A stretch of 63,710 nucleotides of DNA, counting the filler, from Reticulomyxa filosa (lineage: Eukaryota; Protista; Foraminifera): assembly GCA_000512085.1 (NCBI GenBank). It is 17 parts of 17 records of this genome, joined end to end, with 100 filler letters (N's around TTAATTAATTAA, not from the genome) between each part and the next. Parts side by side here need not be neighbours in the genome. Positions count along the whole stretch, not along the records: positions 1 to 2,300 come from ASPP01025761.1; positions 2,401 to 4,793 come from ASPP01011378.1; positions 4,894 to 8,723 come from ASPP01008826.1; positions 8,824 to 11,317 come from ASPP01033140.1; positions 11,418 to 26,346 come from ASPP01013478.1; 12 more parts are not named here. One strand, written 5' to 3'. The translations under genes were made by a program, and so were the position numbers. Shown in pieces: positions 1-12,475 of the stretch (positions within the stretch are counted from its first letter, which is position 1; each line of letters begins with the position of its first letter). The notes under the pieces are model-generated. The model did not search any database and was not told where the DNA came from. It saw only the letters and a list, made by a program, of their open reading frames with translations.

Positions 1-974
1 CCAACAAGAAATAACCGGAGGAATAATCCTAATAATTTCCAATGCCCAATCCACGATTGCACCTCCACACTTCAAATCACATCCATGTTAACACACATAT
101 CCTTGAGACCAGTGCATGTATCTCCAAGCTTTTGGCAGGATATTGTGTTATCGTTGTAGTCCTCAGGGATGTAGCATCCAACAATGATATCGCAGCTTGG
201 ACCAAATGACTTTTGTTCATGAGTCTCATTTTATGAGACACAGTGCTTTTAACAATTTCTTTCAAATGAGCAAGCGTATAATTTTTGATTTGCACTTTGT
301 AATGTTTATTCAATGTTCAAACAACGTCGTCACACTGTTTTGACAGTCCGTAAGAAAGGTTAAATGTGAATGATTGCATAACAATTAACATATTTTTATG
401 AATGGTATTGCAATGATTACATTTGTGCTTGCTTCCCCTGAACATAAATGAATATTATATCTTTTTTGTTGATTACAATACAGTTATCCATCGAGACATG
501 ACCATCTTTCTGTGTATTTGTTATAGATATCAATTGGTTTGTTAACAATTTGTGATTATCACAACTATGGAACAAGCAATGTTACATGGCAATATATGTA
601 CATTTGAATTGGTGCTACTTGGTAATATTATCCTGTGATTGGACATACATTCCAATGCCAAATACAATCAGTTGTGAAACCAAAACACACCACATTTGCA
701 CCATATGAACTTGAACATGTGCCATTCAAATATAAAATATTGGCATGCTTTGCAAAGTGGAAAAACTACACACTAAACATCATGTGTATGTACATTTTGG
801 TATTTGAAACAAATTAGCGTATCGAGCACAATAAGGTGAATATGGTGACAATATGTATACATTGAATTGGTAAAGAAAATGATGGATTAAATCTAAATAA
901 TGTCAAGGTAATTAGATACAGATTTGTATTTATGATATTTTTTTATTACTTGTGCAAATGCTTCTTTTGACTAA

Positions 975-1402
975 TTAATAACACAACGATTAAACAAATG
1001 CCGCAGGATTCATAGTAAATATAATATGTAAATTAGCTTGTAAATCATAAATATAATTCTTCATATGTCTAATTTATCAAGTACTTCATCAGATGCTAGT
1101 AATGCTTTCATACCTTCTAAAAATGCAGTATCTAATATATTTGATAAATGTAATTTTGTTCTATTAGATTTTCATCAAAATTTTCTGATGTATAGTCTTT
1201 ATGTACTTTAATTTGAAAAGTAGACATTCCATTTAAAAATATTTTGTATAATATCTTTTAATTGTAAAAATAAACTCCATGTAGCTCTTGTACCGGTTAA
1301 ATAATCTAATATATTATGTTTTTGACAATCATTTAATGGACGTGATATTTCATCACCATTAGTCGTATGGTTCAAAAGTTCACTAATGACGCTTCTTTTC
1401 AC
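975..1402 (-). pseudogene. Decayed cytoplasmic dynein heavy chain fragment (AAA4 region)
   Basis: Frame-hopping translation gives NGMSTFQIKVHK-YTSENFDENL, ILDTAFLEGMKALLASDEV, ANLHIIFTMNP and (L)FNRCVIN. These match dynein motifs MNGLSVYQIKVH, VLDSGFLERMNTLLANGEV, NLHVVFTMNP and ALFNRCV. Many frameshifts, stops and internal deletions. Confidence 0.75.
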
Positions 1403-2300
1403 TTAGTTTTTTAAACCTATTTCATTTTGCAAACAGTCGTTGTTGACAAGATTTGTCCGTACATGTTGATGTGATGACGAAGAATGATGCAAGATAAAAA
1501 ACTTGTGACCTTTTTCTATCATAAAATGGACTTGCTAAAATTATTTTGACGAAATATGCGTCTTTTTTTTTGTTTAAGTTGGAACTTCGACAAAACAAAT
1601 GTCCCTTAGAGAAAAAATGTTGAACAAATTGCATATTTTTTTGTTAATATCGTATCAATCTTTTGTAAATAGTAACAAAATAATTAAGTTTTTTGTTAAA
1701 GTCTTGTAAGTTTTTGAAGAAAGACAATATTATATATGAACATTTTATTGAAAAATTTAAACAATATATTAAGTTCATTTGTAACAAGCAAAAAGATAAA
1801 CAGTACTTTTTTGTTTCATCATTTTTTTCTCCAAAAAAAAAAACTTGCAAAACCTTTTTAGATCCGCAAGAGTTTTTTATGGCGAAAATTCGAAATCATA
1901 TTGTTGTTCTGTTGATTTTTTTGCTTTAATTTAATTCAAATTTTTGCAACAAATAATAATGATATCTTTTCAACATATTCTCAGACATTAAAAAAGGGAC
2001 ATACTTTAAAATGAACAAATAAAACAAATTAGATTTATTCGTTTACAAAGTAAAACAATGATTATCTTATTCATTCTTATAAGTAAAATATTGTATCTTC
2101 TCACTCAAAAAATGCATTGAATTTTTTTCTTTTGAGTTAAAACTACATACGATTACAAAGGAATAAGAAAGGACAACGCGTCCTTGTTTTGAATGAATAG
2201 TTAATGGAATATCATTCATACGTTCATCTAGAGTTATTTTTTATTTTTTTGACATTGTTTAATTTTTTTTTCTCTGGGAGAGAAAAGGTTGCTCACCTGT

Positions 2301-2400
2301 NNNNNNNNNNNNNNNNNNNNNNNNNNNNNNNNNNNNNNNNNNNNTTAATTAATTAANNNNNNNNNNNNNNNNNNNNNNNNNNNNNNNNNNNNNNNNNNNN
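2301..2400. other. Artificial contig-joining spacer (N44-TTAATTAATTAA-N44), first of 16
   Basis: Identical 100-bp spacer with stops in all six frames also starts at 4794, 8724, 11318, 26347, 31017, 32157, 33844, 41696, 43021, 45324, 46693, 51439, 53909, 56051 and 60710. Confidence 0.98.
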
Positions 2401-2545
2401 AACACTACCTATTTTCTATTTTTTTTTTTTGTTTTTTTTTTTTTTTTTTTTTGCTTTTATTTATGCATATATATTTTATATGTGCATGTTCATGTATGTA
2501 CATTAGATTTATTTGTTTATTTATATCTTTTTGAAAATGCTATTC

Positions 2546-4700
2546 AACATATTGGAAAAAAGGTGAATGACACACGTGATGACGAATTGAAATGGATGGA
2601 GGTGAAATGGACATTGAGCAATGACAGAAACCAAAGTGTGAACGTGTCAGACGCGATTTCGGTAGACTCTTGGCGGCTGGTCGCTCCTCGAATTGACAGC
2701 CCCATTTACATGCTGAAGCGGCAACCCACTTTGCTGACAATGGATGTGTTCATCTCCAAACCATGGACCGACTCACATCAATGTACCGCACACTACGGGT
2801 TGACCGGCTCTTTTGCTACCTGGTTGGAGACGACCATGTCTTATCAATGGAGCATTGGACTATCGGTAGGTCTTTCATTTCTATATAATAAATAATATAT
2901 ACACATATATATTTATATATATATATATATATATAAACATGCACAAACTAATAGAACGGGGAAACACTGTTTAATAAAACTTCACGAAATGTCTTTTTAT
3001 CACCAAACTCGGATTATTTCGAAAACGCGCGAGTGAATGATAGATACGAAATGAAGGGGAGCGTGACGATAAACAATACCTTTGCACTAGTCTCGAAGAA
3101 TAATGACACCACCGAAAACGCGAAAGAGTGGGCCGCGTTGCTCACCGGGATGGACAATTCGACCTTCCAAATCTTGCAAGATTCGATTGTGCCGTATTTG
3201 AGCAACGGTTTGTATCGATGGGTTCCGATCAGAGACAATACTGTGATGTCGTTGTTGTTGGACGCTTCTAAAACGGCCAATCACAACGGCGAGGGTCCGT
3301 TCCCTTTCAATTTCTCTTGGCAGTGTGAACAACTCTTTATCAATCAATCAGTTGATAATATGGACGAAATAAATAGTGAAATCGGTGTAAACATTACGTA
3401 TACTCTGTCCAATGGTAATAATAATAATAAACAAGAATGTGGAAAAAAAATTCGCAACTACTTACAAAACAATTACAAAGCGATGATCTTTGTACCGCTT
3501 CAAGCGTTAGATGCCGATAGGTTGTATCACTTTTGGGTGAAAATATGGGACAACAGTAGCAACGAAATGGAAGCGACGTTTCCGAATTCGGACATTACGA
3601 CACAACAGTATGTGATAAAATCAAAGGCAGTGGACGTCGAATTGGCAGTCAACTATGAGCCCATTGTCGTGACTTGCCATCAGCCCATTCAGCTATTTGC
3701 GCGATTGCTGGACGTGTTGCCCAGCAGCGATAGCCTCCAATGGAACCTAACGTATCACATTTCCCCGCCACTTTTGAACGGTACTATCCAAAATAGTGTG
3801 CTTTTGTCAAATGGTTCTTTCTGGTATCAATGGACCATTCTACCTGTGCAGATGTTGCCAGGGCAGACTTATATTGTCAAGTTTCAAGCAGTTAAACAAA
3901 TGATTCAACTACTTGTCGACATAATTTTTTTTTTTGATTTATTTGTTTTGTTTTTGAAACAAGTTTTGACTTTTCAAACTTCTAAAAAAAAAAAAAAAAA
4001 AAAAAAAATTGGAAAGATATCATCGAAAGGCCAAAAGGCATTTGGCGTGTTGGCATTGCCGGTAATGAATACTCCAGTGATTAATGCATTGCGGGTAAAC
4101 GCAATTGCGACAGAAGCAGATATGTATGGGATAGTGTGGGGCACCAGCAACAACGAAACGTATACTTCGATGTACAATAGTCAGATGCCGCAGGTGAGTG
4201 GTAATCTACTTGTCAATTGCGCACAGCACTTTCCTTGTCGCTTTCATTATTACATACGTATCTCTTCCACTTTTCCTTTTACCAAAGAATACAATGTGCC
4301 GTTGGCATGTGCTCACGTATTGCCCCAAATCTCTTCCGCCATTCTTCCCTTCTTTGGCAAAGGGGCTTTGAATTGGCGCTACCAGTTTGTCGGGTGTGTG
4401 GAAAGTAGGTTTGAGGCGTTGCAGTGCATTTCCCAGACCTTAGAATTGGACGCACGTCCATTGGTTTCCAGTATCAATGGCCAGAGCTGTCTAACCTCGG
4501 CCGAGTTCATCCAACGCTTTGTTACTCTGCTTATCAACTCGCAAGACACGATCAAACTCGCACAATTCATTACAAAGATATTTGTCGAATTGGATTTCCT
4601 GCACGCGACCATTGATCGGTTGTGTATACGTAACATTGTTCGCTTGCTTATGAACGTCGTATCAGAGCATTTGTCCACAGAGTACTTTGAATATGTTTAA
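2546..4700 (+). CDS. PKD/REJ-like extracellular domain protein, partial, intron-containing
   Basis: ORFs 2482-2895 and 3033-4700, the latter reading through a poly-T/poly-A intron near 3890-4020. LLLDASKT...FNFSWQC and WTILPVQMLPGQTYIVKF resemble REJ-module patterns. Many N-x-S/T sequons. Boundaries approximate. Confidence 0.5.
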
Positions 4701-4893
4701 CAAACTGTATTTATATATGTATGTATATGGTGTTTGTATGATCTTTCAATTTAATTTTTTTTTTTTTTTTTTTTTTAATCTTTCTTTTTTGGTNNNNNNN
4801 NNNNNNNNNNNNNNNNNNNNNNNNNNNNNNNNNNNNNTTAATTAATTAANNNNNNNNNNNNNNNNNNNNNNNNNNNNNNNNNNNNNNNNNNNN

Positions 4894-4924
<31 letters not shown>

Positions 4925-4986
4925 ATAATATTTATATATATATATATATATATGTATATCTATACAACTCATATAACTACGGGTAG

Positions 4987-7828
4987 GTTGACAAAACTTT
5001 GCTTGTTACTGATATCATTGATTCCAGATGAACAAGATACCATTCAAACGTGGACGAATGAAGGATTTGATGATTTATGCAAAGCAATAGTAACATTGAC
5101 ATCATGTTATGACAAACATCGCTCACTGTGGAAAGATGACAATGAAAAGATCTTGCAATTGTTCGAACACGTGACAAAGCGGATTTATCGTGATTTCAGT
5201 TTGCGAATGTTGGATTTGGCGAAATTTGAAATCCTACAATCATTTGATGAAAAAGAGACTATGAACACTGACTTCAACAATGACGACTTTCCCAAACCTT
5301 TGGTATTGGAAGATGCGACAATGGGACCACAATCTCAATTTTATGATACCTTGCATGTCCACGATCGCCTGACAATGCTGGGCAATTTGGGGCGTACGAG
5401 TGCCCAATGCTCAATCTTGTTTCTCTACGAAGAATCAATAAAGCGGGTCCGCCAAATTATGGATTTCTATCACGGCCAGTCGACAGAGCAAATCAACGAC
5501 GTGAAAATGGCCGTTATTCATGAACAGTTGTGGTGGTTGTTTCAAATGCTCGGCTATTTATTGGCAGATGATTGCGACGGAGAAACGCCCACTATTCCGA
5601 TTATGCTGTTGAATGTCAACAAAAACATGTTCTCTCAAACAGAAGGAGCGTTTAACGATGAACATGACAATTCGATGGCTAGTGATGAAACAATGTCCAG
5701 CTCTACCTCTTCTTTGTCATCCTCTCAAGATCCTTTGTTTACTGCTATCCAGCCATTGTTTATGTGGGCAAAATTTGAAAATCAATGCATCGCCCAGCGC
5801 AAGAAGGACCCTTTTTTGTCACCCCACTTAGGTCTTGTCTTTTTTTTTTTTTTTTATGCAATACAACACAACACAACACATAATGCTTGAAAGATAACAA
5901 TGGCCCATAAGGAATACATGTATTCTCTTATACATGCGAATAGTGAATGCAATGTAAACATATATTTGAATTGTGGATAATAGGAGAAATTGTAGTGAAA
6001 ATGTTGCGTCGATGGACGCATACCTATTTAATGCCTAATGTTGCGCTGTACACATCTATGACGTCACGCTTTTTGGCTTCCTTTGGAGACGACACTCCAG
6101 TGGCCAAGAAATCACTCGACTTTTTAATTGAAAAGTGTATGGTAAACATTTTTGATTGGATGGAAGAAAGAAAATTGGGTGAAGCAACATGCCAGCTGTT
6201 ATCATCGTTGACTTCCATTACTTCCATTCGCTGCCACTTGCCGGAGTGTCCATCCTATCAGCGCATGATTTCCCGATATCAAGATGGGTCTTTGCCGTGT
6301 CCTAAACTGCCTTTGTACATATTACGCCAATTTGTGCAAGTGCTATGTCAAAGTCAAGTCTCTGGCAAAGAAAACCAAAAAAGGCGTTGGAATTCATTTG
6401 TGCTCCTTTACAAGTTGAGTTGTAATGTCCTTTTTCTGTCTATCGGTATTATATTTCAATTTTTTCTTTTCTTTTTTTTTTTTTTTTTTAAAGTTAAAAA
6501 TGCATATTGACAACGTTTGAGTTTGCTTTTTACACTTTTGAATACATACCACTCTGTCCTCACAGAAATATATCCACGAAACCTTTCAATCCTTCAATGG
6601 GAGTACTATGATTCGCAATTCGAACAAAATTCATCGACTCGAAATTAGTTTGTATATGATCCATGGTGTGGTATTGTCAAATGTGGAGCCTGCATTTGGT
6701 TGGACCAGTCAATACTCGCAGACTTTGATCAATGTCATTTCATTATTTACCACTGAACCAAACACTCACATCGCAGAAGTATTTCGCATCTTTGCAGATT
6801 TGACCGAATTATATTTGCCTTTCTTGCCAAATCCAAAAGGTTTTCTGAGTGTTTGTGTCAAAGTTATCAAAGAGTTTGGTCGACTCAACGAAGAAAGATC
6901 AGAGCAATTGCGAAACTCATACATTGACAAAGTTAATCTAACAGAGTTTTACAATTATCTCTCCCCCTATTTTTTGCTTGAGTATCAATGCCTTTCACGA
7001 TCAATTAAACGTAAAATAAAATTGTTCAGACGATAAAAAAAAGATTTGAGGAAATGCAAGTCGAGGAAATTCACGAGGTTTTGCGATTACTCAAACATAT
7101 GTCCACCGAAGATTTGGCAGGTAATGAGGATATTCTCTCACTTAGTGGCGAATCTCTACTCCTTGGCTTAAATTATTTGATACCACATTTGAACAGCACA
7201 CTATTGGCGTATCCGCAACTGTGTGAAGAGTTTTTCGATGTTCTTTCCATTGGCTTGTCCACATTTATCTCTAAATTTGCGAGTATGTCACGTCAACACC
7301 AAACCGTGTTGGTAGAATGCATTCCATTTGCACTCGATAATGCTGATTCTCGAATTATCGCACATGCATTGCAAATTATTGAATGCATGGCGACATATCA
7401 TTTTACTCATAGTTAAATGAAAGGATGAGACGAAAAAAAATCTTTTTTTGAAACTTAATTTTTTTTTTTTTTTATGAAATTGAATAGAAAACACCAAGTT
7501 TGGCCCACTTTTACAAAAGTTCACGCCTCGGTTGCTAAGAATGTTATTAGATTTGACAACGCCACGTGCATTATTCGGGCAATTAGCAGATACCGTTTTA
7601 CCATTGCTGGTGTGTGACATGGATTTGCTAATTAAAAATGCAACCGAATTTATTAATGAAAAAACTACGACCCCAGAGCAAAAACAAAAGCTGCAAAATG
7701 TTTTTGGAGATCTTTTTCAAAAAATTAAGGATACTAACGATCCGTTGGATTTTGCTGTCAAAAGGCAATTCCATTCTTTTATTTTGGAATTTATTGGACG
7801 AGTTGGATGTATATGCTCTGTTAAATGA
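4987..7828 (+). CDS. XPO4: Exportin-4 (importin-beta family), C-terminal part, multi-exon
   Basis: HEQLWWLFQMLGYLLADDCDGETPTIP, DRLTMLGNLGR and LSPHLG/EIVVKMLRRWTHTYL match exportin-4 motifs (WLILVTGYLLADDTQGETPLIP; LSPQMG...FLKRWAKTYL). Exons lie in ORFs 4952, 5947, 6608, 7054 and 7532. 5' end is lost at the spacer. Confidence 0.85.
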
Positions 7829-9295
7829 GTTTTGTTATTGTTTTGAAAACAATGCCAAATGAACATTTGAATTTTACTTACAATTCTATTTTATTGCATT
7901 ATGTTTCAACAACTACAAACGATTAAACCTTAAATCTGCACTATGTTTGAATAATTCATCTAATTTTGTTAAATCCTGATAAATTCACTAGTTTGAAATT
8001 ACTTCTTTTTAGTTGTCTTTCTTCCTATTTACACTAATTTCTTGTGGCTGGCACAAAGTATAATATAAAAATCTCATTATATGTATACTTTTCAATAAGG
8101 ACAAATGAATTTGAATCAACAAAAATAGAAATGACAACAAACAAAAACAGAAGAAAAAGTATAAAAAGTTCAGTTGTCTTCATTATCAAAAAAAGATTAA
8201 AAAAATGATCACTTTAAAAGAAAGTGATGTAAATTAATTATTCAAAATTAAACTAAAAAAATAAGCTTGCATTTTGTATGGATCACTGATTTTGACAAAA
8301 ACAATGTACATAATTATTAATCAAAAACAAATATTTCAATAAAAAAAAACTTGACATATTTGTCAGCGATTGTTCAGAAATATTAAAATTATCATCCAAA
8401 TTATTAAACGTATTCAATGGACACACATGTTATGCGTATATTATTTATTATTCAGTATTTAATTATAAGCAAATAATTTTCTCAAGATGAATTGACTTAA
8501 AAATTCGTCTACAGATAATGCAAATGAAGGTATTTAAATATCCAAGCATGAGTATACAGTATACTATCAAAATTTTTCAGATTCAGTGATCATGATATTT
8601 GCTCATTTGCAAGCGACTATATAGTCCGTTTTTGGAACATCAAAAATAGCAAACTAATAAATAGATTGACAATTTAATATTATTAAATATAACGTAGTAA
8701 TTAAATTAATTTACAGTAAATTGNNNNNNNNNNNNNNNNNNNNNNNNNNNNNNNNNNNNNNNNNNNNTTAATTAATTAANNNNNNNNNNNNNNNNNNNNN
8801 NNNNNNNNNNNNNNNNNNNNNNNTCCTTAATAGAAAGAGTAATTATAATTTGGAATAATATCGTGAATATGGATCACTTTTCTTTTTCTTTTTGAACAAA
8901 TTTTGGTTCCATGCAAAAGGGAGTCGGAAATTAATATTGTACGTTTCTATATAAACTAATCAATTCAAAGAAAAAAACATTTGCTAATGCAATGTGGAGA
9001 TTAATAAGAAAGTAAAATTCAGGATCCAGGTAAAACTAATTTTATCGAATCCTTAAAATCAATTTCCTCTATTATTTGTGAAATAATAATCATCATTATA
9101 GAAAAGCAAAATTGAGGATACATAAGGTTAAATTTAAAAAAAAAGAAATTGAAAATAAACAATATGAAAAAAAAAGTCAAATTCTTTTTAGTTTTGCAAA
9201 GTAATCTTATAGAATATTATCAAAAAATATTTAATGACTTTAATACATTTAAATATCTAGTGCAACTGATTTATGAACAAACAAAATTGAGTCAT

Positions 9296-10785
9296 CAGAC
9301 GTAGTAGAAGATTTCGATGCTTTGTTTAACATTCACGCACAGTTGTGCATCTGGGCAAACTCTTCATTCGATTATTAATTGAGCAACTTTCGACTAATTG
9401 GATATAGTGTTTGATTGATCTGGAGCCATACTAAGCTGAATCGAATGTTGTGCCGTAAATATGTCTATTCCTCCTGACAATGACCTACTTAATTTGTTAA
9501 TATGTTTGGTCAATTCATCAATGGTAATGTGCTTGTGTGTTGGTATGTGTGGCATGTTGGGCGATAATAGTTGTACTTCTCAACGAGAATAAAAATGCCT
9601 TGGGGTCGCACGTGCTTGAACTACCGCCGTTACGACTCCACCACTCTATCTCGATACAGCCACCAAAAACATGGTTGTATGTTGAGTGTATAAGTGTCAG
9701 AGTTGGCCCCTTTCTGTCGCATTTTCTATGAAATGCATTTCCGGTACATCCATCTCTACTTCCACGATATAATAATTCCTCCTTTGTGTCTTGGCCTTTT
9801 GGCAGTAACTCCAGCAACGGGCCTATTTCTTCATTTTTGATTATACATGATTCCACAAATCGTTTAGTGACGTATAACGTCAAGGTCTTTGAAAAGGGTG
9901 TAAATATAAGCTTGGACGAAGCACGGTCCCGCATTCTCACACTATACGTATTTTCCCATTCGAAAATATTGTCTTTATCTTCACTATCAAAAGCAAAGAA
10001 TCCATTCGTTCTATCTGGTCCTATTTTGGCCTCTTTGATCAGTTTCCACTGTGATTTGCCATCGGTTGTGTCTTCGTCATCGAATGTTGTGTCTTTGTTA
10101 TCGTCATTTAGCCGATTTGCAATTCATATTCAGATATGTCCTCTGACATATTTGCCACTTTCCATTTAATGAAAATATCTGGAACTCGAGAAGTTGGATT
10201 TATGGTGACCTTAGTGAAGGCCGTGTGTCCTTGTGCTATAAGAACTATATGCTTTGTAAGTAGATCGCCAAGTATTGTGATGGCTTTATGTATTTCTTTT
10301 GTTTGTACAAATGTAATATCGAGGTCAGTGTTTGGTATCAATAGTTGCGCGCTCTGTTCGTCTTTTTCAGAAATAGCTTGCAATTTCGACTTCAAATCAA
10401 ATTTATTCTTCTGCTTTGAGACAGAAGTCAGTACTTTGTCCGTTATTGCTGCATAGTGTGTTTCAATTTGCTGTATTAGTGCTCTTTGGGACTGTCTGAT
10501 TGTTGTTAGTAATATTTCTTCGTTTTCGTTTAGTGTTTCACATTGGTTTTGTATTACGTTTTTCATCTGGTTTGCCTTTTCTCCTGTTGCCGGGAAAAGG
10601 TTTTTAGCTATTGCTTGTTTATAGGCTGTTCCAAATCTTTGTCTCGTAAAAGCGCGTTTGTTTTGTTCTGAGGCTTTCACTTGGGTGTTCAGTTTGTTGC
10701 GTACGTATTGAATGTCATTGTCTGCGCGTTGTATCGAGCCACGGACAAAACCATTACGTTTATTCGAAACTGCTGGCGTTTGCAT
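9296..10785 (-). pseudogene. Coiled-coil + FN3-like + TLDc domain gene, frameshifted with degraded 3' end
   Basis: TLDc motif LLYRGSRDGCTGNAFHRKCDRKGPTLTLIHSTYNHVFGG...DPKAFLFSL. FN3-like IKWKV...ISEYEL...NTYSVRMR is split by a 1-nt frameshift near 10110-10125. Stops occur after 9518. Confidence 0.75.
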
Positions 10786-11253
10786 CTTGCCAAAGTTTTG
10801 TCAATATAAGGCGACCCCCCAACGCAAAAATTTAAAAATTTTTTGTTCATTTTTTGTTTAAATAATTTTTTTTTGCTAAATTTATCATACAAAAATCAAA
10901 ATTATACCAAAAAAAAGGGAAATATTTTTTAACTCTTTGTTAAGTTTTTTTTGTGTGTGTTTGGGGGTACGCCCATATTGAGAAAACTTTGGAATGCAAC
11001 GGCCAGCAGAACATTTACATAAATTTGTCTATGGATCAACAAACAGCAAAGGCAATGATGTTAACTACGCACAGCAAGCAAAATATTCTAATGAACGCAA
11101 CGGGCGTGCTGCAAGCAAGACGGTGATTTTACGACACAAAGTACAATACAACAAGTCCACAAAGGTGCAATAGTCACAAACCCTATGGAATGCACTATGC
11201 AATACCAATTTAGCGCAATTAAATTGCGAGCCTGTATCAAAAAAACTGGTGTA

Positions 11254-11317
11254 GTTCCGGATATTTTCATTAAATGGAAAGTGGCAAATATGTCAGAGGA
11301 CATATCTGAATATGAAT
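11254..11317 (+). repeat. 64-bp inverted copy of 10122-10185
   Basis: Reverse complement matches with one mismatch and encodes VPDIFIKWKVANMSEDISEYE. It runs into the contig end. Confidence 0.9.
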
Positions 11318-11453
11318 NNNNNNNNNNNNNNNNNNNNNNNNNNNNNNNNNNNNNNNNNNNNTTAATTAATTAANNNNNNNNNNNNNNNNNNNNNNNNNNN
11401 NNNNNNNNNNNNNNNNNATATATATATAATATGTGTGCATATATGACCAAAAG

Positions 11454-12438
11454 GTATTTAAATATCCATGAAATGGCATCAGCATTGCGACGGAGATTGT
11501 ATGACACAAATTCGCAATTCAAAGAGTTTTGTGACAAAGCCCAATTTCACCATCAGTGCAACGGCTTGGATTTACCTTCGTATCTGTCCAAGCCCTTTCA
11601 AAGGATGTTAAAATACAAGCTTCTTTTACAGGTCATTTTTACTATTCTTTTTTTTTTTTTTTGTTATTGTTGAGATACCTTTTTTTTTTTTTTTTCTGTC
11701 ACTCCTTTTTTCCCCCTCCTCCTCTTTTTCCTCTTGTTCATCTCCATTTATGTATACGTCTTATATATGTATATAGGAGATATTGAAGCACACGAAAGAT
11801 AACCATCCAGATCTAGCCGACATCACGTCTGCATTGGAGAAAATCTCAGAAGTTATACGTGTGTTGAAACACGAGTCTTTTGCATATGCATAAGCGTGCA
11901 ATTGTTTGGCCATTTTTTGATCTGTATATATGTATATGTATATGTATATGTGTGTGTGTGATGTACGACAACCGATGGGATATGCCAAAACGTTGAGTCC
12001 ATTGATGTGAAAATATACAAATGACACAGTTGAATAATCGCATAAATGAAAAGATGAAAGAACACGACAGTCGAATGAAAGTGAGGGACATTGAAATGCG
12101 ACTGCAGCCAAGAATAGAACTCGTGGCGCCGGCACGGAAGTTTATCAAAGAAGGAAAGCTGACGAAAATCTGTCGAAAGAGCGACCAGCCCTATCAATTC
12201 GTGTTGTTCAGTGATTTGCTGTTGTATGGCGACTTGTTGAACAACGAGGACAAGTCGTTGAAAGTCCATCGTCAAATCACCATTGACAACTCTTTTAGGG
12301 TACGTGACATTCCTCAAAATGCAAAATATGGCACCAAATGTTTCGAAATACACTCTCCGGAAAAGTCATTTATTGTCTTTGGTGATCATCCTGGGTACGT
12401 ATAATGTATACACATGTACATATATATAATCATTTATT

Positions 12439-12475
<37 letters not shown>

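Noticed and set aside
2345-2356. Recurring TTAATTAATTAA between N runs as a biological repeat
   Set aside because: Constant 100-bp layout with six-frame stops marks an artificial linker. ORFs ending in X...LIN are artefacts.
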